Below are positions 58,189 through 64,000 of a DNA stretch of 64,000 nt, in pieces. Under the pieces are notes generated by a model. The model searched no databases. It saw nothing but the letters and a program-made list of their open reading frames with translations, and was not told the origin of the DNA. Position numbers and translations under genes: made by a program. The DNA is from an uncultured delta proteobacterium (GTDB lineage: Bacteria; Desulfobacterota; Binatia; UBA9968): contig CAVUZH010000003.1 in the NCBI GenBank assembly GCA_963745835.1, positions 128,001 through 192,000 of the forward strand, read 5' to 3'. Numbering within the stretch: the first letter of the stretch is position 1; every line of letters begins with the position of its first letter.

Positions 58189-59049
58189 ATGAAGCCAGCT
58201 TCATTCGACTATTATTCTCCGGAATCACTAACCGACGCTTTACAGCTACTGGAGCGGCACCGCGATGCGGCAAGGCCGCTTGCTGGTGGACAAAGCCTGG
58301 TTCCGATGATGAATTTTCGTTTGGCTCGCCCGGCGCTTTTGATCGATTTGAATAATCTTCGTGAACTGAGTTTCCTCAAGGTTGAAGATGGCAAATTGCG
58401 TATCGGTGCCATGACCAGACAGCGTGCCTTGGAGCGATCCGCAGTGGTGGCCGCGGGTTGGCCACTCTTGCAAGAAGCAGCTCGGCACATTGGCCACATC
58501 CACATCCGTAATCGGGGCACCATAGGGGGAAGTATCGCTCACGCTTATCCGTCCGCGGAACTCCCTCTGGCAATGATGGCGCTGGACGCATCCTTCCTGT
58601 TGCGTAGCATGCAGGGAGAAAGAATTGTTCCCGCCAGGGATTTTTTCGTCGATGTAATGACAACCATCCTGGAGCCGAACGAGCTTTTGGTCGAGATACG
58701 CGTGCCTCAGGCAAAATCGCGAACTGGTTGGGGCTTTCAAGAAGTCAGTAGACGCCACGGAGATTTCGCGTTAGCAGCCGTGGCCAGCGTAATTTCGCTT
58801 CGGGAGGATCGGAGCATAGACAAAGTAAGATTAGTCTTTACCGGTGCAAAACCCCACCTCTCGAAGAAGACAGATTCTCTTATAGGACAAAAGTTCGACC
58901 GGACAATGTTTTCGGATATCGCCGCTACAGCCGCGGCGGAACTCGATACGGAATCCGATATTCACGCAAGCTCTGAATATAGACGGGAAGTAAGTCAGGT
59001 GCTGGCGCGCCGCGTTTTGGAAGAGGCAGCAGCTCGGGCTGCAATTTAA
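58189..59049 (+). CDS. Mo-hydroxylase FAD-binding subunit (CoxM-like)
   Basis: MKPASFDY, AGGQSL, IRNRGTIGGS, RRHGDFA, DIHAS..YR. Confidence 0.95.
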   Translation: MKPASFDYYSPESLTDALQLLERHRDAARPLAGGQSLVPMMNFRLARPALLIDLNNLRELSFLKVEDGKLRIGAMTRQRALERSAVVAAGWPLLQEAARHIGHIHIRNRGTIGGSIAHAYPSAELPLAMMALDASFLLRSMQGERIVPARDFFVDVMTTILEPNELLVEIRVPQAKSRTGWGFQEVSRRHGDFALAAVASVISLREDRSIDKVRLVFTGAKPHLSKKTDSLIGQKFDRTMFSDIAATAAAELDTESDIHASSEYRREVSQVLARRVLEEAAARAAI

Positions 59050-59085
59050 ATGTAACACCTGGAATGGAAGCGGAAGAGAAGCAAA

Positions 59086-59577
59086 ATGAGCAAGCGTGAA
59101 ATCAACGTTACAATCAACGGCCGTCAGTACCGAGGCGATGTGGAGCCTCGAAGACTTCTGACTGATTTCCTACGGGACGATCTTGGTCTTACGGGTACCC
59201 ATGTCGGCTGCGAACACGGCGTTTGCGGCGCATGCACTGTTCTTTTGGATAATCAACCAGTGCGCGCCTGTCTGATGTTCGCGGTGCAAGTAAACGGCGC
59301 CGAATTGAAGACAATCGAGGGGTTGGCTCCCACTCCGACCGCGCTCCATCCGCTGCAGGAAAAATTTTGGGAGCTTCACGGCCTGCAGTGCGGTTTTTGC
59401 ACTCCGGGAATTTTGCTGACCGCGGTAGCGCTCCTAGAAGAGATCCCTAACCCCAGTGAAGACGACATCCGAGAATGGATCAGCGGAAACTTGTGTCGCT
59501 GCACCGGTTACTACAACATCATCAAATCCATTCAGGAAGCAGCGAAGACCTTAAATACGAGCAAGTCAAATTTATAG
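59086..59577 (+). CDS. Mo-hydroxylase [2Fe-2S] small subunit (CoxS-like)
   Basis: GCEHGVCGAC, QCGFCTPG, NLCRCTGY. Confidence 0.95.
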   Translation: MSKREINVTINGRQYRGDVEPRRLLTDFLRDDLGLTGTHVGCEHGVCGACTVLLDNQPVRACLMFAVQVNGAELKTIEGLAPTPTALHPLQEKFWELHGLQCGFCTPGILLTAVALLEEIPNPSEDDIREWISGNLCRCTGYYNIIKSIQEAAKTLNTSKSNL

Positions 59578-59682
59578 CTGCGCTTTTCTGTTCCCTTTCC
59601 GTTTCAAGTTAGACGAATAACACTGGTACTTCGATCTAATGCCGATTTCCAAGGGCATTCCGAGTTAAGAGAGTTACAACTT

Positions 59683-61989
59683 GTGGCTTACATTGGTTCA
59701 AGAGTTAAACGTAAGGAAGATTTAAGGCTGCTTCGCGGCGTCGGTAAATACGTTGCCGATGTTCATCGTGTAGGCATGACGCATGCGACAATTCTCCGCA
59801 GCGCGTACGCGCATGCGCGGATTGTCAAAATAGATGCGGCTGCTGCCCTGAAGTGGCCTGGAGTCGTCGGTGTGCTTACCGCAAGCGACATAGCCGGAGT
59901 GAAAAGCATTCCGATGCGAACTGGCATAATTCCAGGAATGGAGCGCTCGCAGCAATTTCCCATAGCAGCAACCAAAGTGCGTTATGTGGGGGATCCGATA
60001 GCCGTCGTGGTGGCGGAAAATCGTTACATCGCCGAAGATGCCATGGAGCTTATCGACGTGGAGTACGAGGCGTTGCCTGCGGTGACCGATGCCCGGAGCA
60101 GCATGCAGGCAGAAGCACCGCGACTTCATGAGGCCGTGCCAAACAACATCCCGGCGAATTTCCAGGTCGATGTCGGCGATGTCGATAGCGCGTTCGCTAA
60201 GTGTGACCTCATCATCGAAGAGGAATTTTCGATCCAACGACATGCGGCTGTGCCGTTGGAAACGCGCGGCTTAGTAGCGGAGTTCGACGAAGGCCGCAGA
60301 ATCCTCACCATGTGGGGACCGACTAAAATGACGCACGCCAACTGGCGTATTCTCTCCGATCTCATCGGCCTGCCGCAGAGCTGTATCCATTTTATCGAGC
60401 CGGAAGTGGGCGGCGGCTTCGGTGCCCGGGGTGAATTCTATCCCGAAGACTTTCTGATCCCGTTCGCCGCCATGCATTTCCGAAGGCCGGTCTGTTGGAT
60501 CGAGGACCGCTCGGAAAATCTAAAAACGATGAATCAGTCGCGGCAGCAGAACCATCGGGTCAAGATCGGCGTCAAAAGCGACGGCACCATCATGGCCATG
60601 GATGCCGAGATTCTCTTCGATATGGGCGGGTACACCAGAACCCATGGCGGTACTCCGGCCATTGCCGCGTCTGCGATGCTGCGCGGTCCTTTCCGTATCA
60701 AAAACTTTCGCGCCAACGTTTTTTGCGTGCTGACCAACAAGACTCCGGTCGGCACCTACCGCAGTCCTGGACGCTATGAAGCGAACTTCGTACGAGAACG
60801 GCTGTTAGATATGGTTGCACGCCGACTCCACATGGACCCAGCGGATGTCCGACGACGTAACTTCATTAAGCACGATGAAATGCCTTATGACCACGGCCGG
60901 CATCCCTACCACAATATACGTTACGACAGCGGCGATTTTTCACTTCAGTTTGAACGTGCTCTGGAGCACATCGGTTATGAAAAGCTGCAGGACCGCTGCG
61001 CAGATGCTAAAAAAGGAGGCGGTGCCATCGGCATCGGCATCGGCTGTTTCGTCGAGACCAGCGGGAGGGGACCTTGGGAGTATGCTCGTGTCGAAGTGGA
61101 CAATGCCGGCAAGGTTGTTTTGTATTCGGGCTGCAATTCACTTGGTCAAGGAATCGCGACAGCCTTGAGCCAAATCGTCGCGGATGAACTGCAGGTTGCG
61201 ATTGAGGATGTACGGGTGATCCACGGTGACACCGCAAAGGTTCCGTACGGAAACGGTAGTAATGCTAGCCGTTCGATCGTGATGGCTGGCAGCGCTGCGG
61301 TGGGAGCGTCGCGTAAGGTTAAGGACAAGCTTTTGCGCCTGGCATCTATGGCGCTGGAAATCGACATCGGTGATCTTATTCTCCAAGATGCGCACGTTGT
61401 GGCACGCGGCGCGCCAGATCGATCTCTAAGCTTTGCCGCTATTGCGCGCTTGGCGTTGCCTGGTCCCGCTATGAAAAGCGGTATAACCCCGGGAATTTCT
61501 GAGGAGGATTTCTTCGCCACGGATCAGCGTCCATTTCCGTACGGTGTGCATGTCGCGGTGGTCGAAGTAGATCGTGAGACCGGAGAAATAAAGATTCTCG
61601 ACTATTTAGTAACCGAAGATGTCGGAAGAAAAATTAATCCCATGATTGTTGAGGGGCAAATGGCCGGTGGATTAGCACAGGGAATCGGCGGCGCTTTGTT
61701 GGAGGAGTTTGTCTACGCTGAAGATGGTCAGCCCTTAGCGACCAGTTTCATGGACTATTTGATGCCGACGGCGATGGAAATGCCCAAAGCGCAGCTGATC
61801 TCGACTGAAGATTTCCCTTCACCGCTCAACCCCCTGGGCGCCAAAGGCGCAGGCGAAGGAGGAATCACTGCGGTTGGCGCGGCCTTGGCTAATGCAGTTT
61901 CGAACGCTCTTGGTGTTGAGGTAACCAAGCTGCCCCTCAAACCGGACTACCTGTTGAATCTGATCAAAATTGCTAACGCCCATTCATAA
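59683..61989 (+). CDS. Xanthine dehydrogenase family molybdopterin-binding large subunit
   Basis: RKEDLRLL.G, VGGGFGARGE, TYRSPGRYE, GQG, GAKGAGE. Confidence 0.95.
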   Translation: MAYIGSRVKRKEDLRLLRGVGKYVADVHRVGMTHATILRSAYAHARIVKIDAAAALKWPGVVGVLTASDIAGVKSIPMRTGIIPGMERSQQFPIAATKVRYVGDPIAVVVAENRYIAEDAMELIDVEYEALPAVTDARSSMQAEAPRLHEAVPNNIPANFQVDVGDVDSAFAKCDLIIEEEFSIQRHAAVPLETRGLVAEFDEGRRILTMWGPTKMTHANWRILSDLIGLPQSCIHFIEPEVGGGFGARGEFYPEDFLIPFAAMHFRRPVCWIEDRSENLKTMNQSRQQNHRVKIGVKSDGTIMAMDAEILFDMGGYTRTHGGTPAIAASAMLRGPFRIKNFRANVFCVLTNKTPVGTYRSPGRYEANFVRERLLDMVARRLHMDPADVRRRNFIKHDEMPYDHGRHPYHNIRYDSGDFSLQFERALEHIGYEKLQDRCADAKKGGGAIGIGIGCFVETSGRGPWEYARVEVDNAGKVVLYSGCNSLGQGIATALSQIVADELQVAIEDVRVIHGDTAKVPYGNGSNASRSIVMAGSAAVGASRKVKDKLLRLASMALEIDIGDLILQDAHVVARGAPDRSLSFAAIARLALPGPAMKSGITPGISEEDFFATDQRPFPYGVHVAVVEVDRETGEIKILDYLVTEDVGRKINPMIVEGQMAGGLAQGIGGALLEEFVYAEDGQPLATSFMDYLMPTAMEMPKAQLISTEDFPSPLNPLGAKGAGEGGITAVGAALANAVSNALGVEVTKLPLKPDYLLNLIKIANAHS

Positions 61990-62220
61990 GCTCGATTACA
62001 AATCGATCCTCGAAGCGCTGATTGTTATAGGCTAGAACTAAAACCTTCACATGATGCATCGACAGTATAACCTTCATCGCGCTCAAAGATCATTGTGTAA
62101 CTATCCGGGTCACTGGCCGAATAAAACGCGAACTGGCAATCAAGTTCAGTTTTGTTCCTGACCTGACCCAACGATGAACGTTGCGAATAGCTCATAAGAG
62201 AAAGGTTTAGGAGGTAGGGT

Positions 62221-63330
62221 ATGGCTGTCTTGGATTATGTAAGAGTAAATCGAAAATTAACTCACATATGTTGTCGCTCGATAGTGATTCTATTGCTGCT
62301 ACTGCCGTATATTCAGCTAAGCAATGTACGAGCACAGGGCTTCAACGAGAAGGCAGTCGCAGACTTCTACAAAGGGAAAACGGTAACGCTTACCGTCGGT
62401 TTCGATCCGGGCGGAGGCTATGACATAGCCGCGCGCATCGTTGCCAAGCACCTCGGAAAACATATTCCCGGCAATCCTAATATAATTGTCTCGAACCGAC
62501 CGGGCGGAGGTAGCCTGGTAGCGGCAAATCTCGTCTACACGACATTGGCCCAAGACGGCACACAAGTTGTCGATTTCCACCCGCAGATGTTGCTTCAGCA
62601 AGCGCAGGGCCGCGAAGGTATTAAGTTCGACGGCTTGAAATACCATTGGCTCGCAAGCCTCAACGCCGGTAGCACCTCTTGCGCCGTGCATGTCGAGACC
62701 GGGATTAATCATCTCGATCAGATTAAAGGTGCCGCTGGAAAAGTAGTGACGATGGGTGTGGAGGCTCCGGGATCCGGTATTACTGATGGCACAGCAGTAA
62801 TCAGGGCGGCATTAGGTCTAAAATTCCGCATGATTTACGGATACAACGGGCAGCGTCCAATTGTGAATGCCGTCTTGAGTCGGGAGGTAGATGGAATCTG
62901 CTCCAGTTGGGATTCTTTCACTGCGACATTGAAAAATCTGTTTGAGCCGAAACAGTTAGTCCGCATGCTCGTGATTAACGAGCCTGAGGTTCCGAAGCAC
63001 CCGTGGCTCAAAGATGCTGTTGCCGCCCAGGCTGCCGCGCCGGACGACACGACGCGCAGGTTGCTCCGGGTCGTGGATGGACCTAGGGCAATTTCCTACC
63101 CATTTGCCGTCGGCCCTAAAGTTCCGAGAGATCGCGTTTTAGCATTACAGGAAGGGTTTGAGAAAGTGTTGAAGGATCAAACATTCATATCCGATTACGA
63201 AAAAACCGGACGAAGCTATGAACCAAAGAATTGGAAAGAAGTGACGGAAGTCGTGAATGATCTTCTGACAATGGATGACAAGACCAAGAAAGCTCTGGAG
63301 GAAGCCCTAAAGCGAAAGGAAGCGCCTTAA
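62221..63330 (+). CDS. Tripartite tricarboxylate transporter substrate-binding protein (TctC/Bug-like)
   Basis: FYKGK, GGGYD, IPGNP...NRPGGGS, DGT, GY; AGGAGG RBS. Confidence 0.9.
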   Translation: MAVLDYVRVNRKLTHICCRSIVILLLLLPYIQLSNVRAQGFNEKAVADFYKGKTVTLTVGFDPGGGYDIAARIVAKHLGKHIPGNPNIIVSNRPGGGSLVAANLVYTTLAQDGTQVVDFHPQMLLQQAQGREGIKFDGLKYHWLASLNAGSTSCAVHVETGINHLDQIKGAAGKVVTMGVEAPGSGITDGTAVIRAALGLKFRMIYGYNGQRPIVNAVLSREVDGICSSWDSFTATLKNLFEPKQLVRMLVINEPEVPKHPWLKDAVAAQAAAPDDTTRRLLRVVDGPRAISYPFAVGPKVPRDRVLALQEGFEKVLKDQTFISDYEKTGRSYEPKNWKEVTEVVNDLLTMDDKTKKALEEALKRKEAP

Positions 63331-63404
63331 GAAGATATCGGGCGCGACACACGGTCTTAGTTGAATGCAACGACACATGGTAAGTTCGATTTACCCCTAA
63401 CCTA

Positions 63405-64000
63405 ATGGCAGAGGCTTTTCTAGCGGGCCTTACCGCTGTCTTTACCTACCCTACATTCCCGTTGTTGCTGATCGGGATCTTGGCCGGGTTTGTAGTCGGT
63501 ATTCTTCCCGGCGTCGGGGGTGTTACCACGCTGGCACTCATGCTCCCTTTCACTTTTGATATGAAGCCGGTTGAGGCATTCGCGTTTCTCCTGGGGATGC
63601 TTGCCGTTACATCGACGACAGGAGATATCACTTCCATACTGTTTGGTATACCCGGGGAGTCTATTTCTGCCGCAACCATCGTCGACGGTCATCCGATGGC
63701 TAAGAATGGCGAAGCTGGGCGTGCCCTAGGCGCGGCGCTGATGAGCAGCTTGGTGGGAGCAATTATCGGAGCAGGAGTATTGGCGATAAGCATCCCGATT
63801 ATCACTCCGATTGTCTTGGCGTTTAAATCACCTGAGTTTTTTGCCCTCGCTTTGGTGGGGGTCACATTTGTCGCTGCTTTAAGTGGCACGAACAAGCTTA
63901 AAGGCATCGTCGTCGCCGGGCTCGGACTGCTACTCTCTGTGGTTGGACTGGATTCGCAAACCGGCGTGCCTCGTTACACGTTAGGGATGGTTGAATTCTG
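63405..64000 (+). CDS. tctA: Tripartite tricarboxylate transporter large permease, partial (runs off window end)
   Basis: Not in the ORF track because it has no stop; reads MAEAFLAG...GILPGVGG...ALMLPF...SILFGIPG....ATIVDGHPMAKNGEAGRALGA...PEFF...VGLD..TG.PRYT.G. Confidence 0.92.
   Translation, partial: MAEAFLAGLTAVFTYPTFPLLLIGILAGFVVGILPGVGGVTTLALMLPFTFDMKPVEAFAFLLGMLAVTSTTGDITSILFGIPGESISAATIVDGHPMAKNGEAGRALGAALMSSLVGAIIGAGVLAISIPIITPIVLAFKSPEFFALALVGVTFVAALSGTNKLKGIVVAGLGLLLSVVGLDSQTGVPRYTLGMVEF

Noticed and set aside
58189-61989. Aerobic CO dehydrogenase (coxMSL order)
   Set aside because: The active-site loop TYRSPGR lacks the AYxCSFR signature, and no cox accessory genes are adjacent
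1-64000. CRISPR array, rRNA, intact tRNA, transposase/integrase or defence system
   Set aside because: No regularly spaced 25-45 bp repeats, complete cloverleaf or recognisable motifs seen by eye

Overview
Gene-dense bacterial window; the gene repertoire (many NMT1/THI5-SsuA-type and TctC-type solute-binding proteins, Mo-hydroxylases, PuuE-like hydrolases, split ThDP decarboxylases) suggests an uncultured Deltaproteobacteria/Binatia-like genome, which is an inference. 1-12.5 kb: redox and detoxification genes (AKR, ADH, MOSC, UBP zinc finger, pirin, GST, DinB), two pseudogenes, an ABC exporter and two binding proteins. 12.5-14.1 kb: a frameshifted remnant of a large, possibly phage virion, gene next to an isolated tRNA 3' end that looks like an att site. 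14.2-64 kb: a long catabolic locus with three PuuE/CE4-like hydrolases (one apparently catalytically dead), an ABC importer, an amidase with a small partner, three xanthine-dehydrogenase-family large subunits, UbiD, an NdmA/VanA-like Rieske oxygenase, two single-Cys (arylmalonate decarboxylase-pattern) racemase-fold enzymes flanking an unknown 80-aa protein, an HpxW-type GGT, an amidohydrolase, two ComDE-like pairs and SDRs, interleaved with orphan binding proteins. Best candidate for an undescribed system: a modular N-heterocycle/aromatic scavenging locus. I saw no rRNA, intact tRNA, CRISPR array or transposase. Family calls come from motif recognition by eye; no database search was run.
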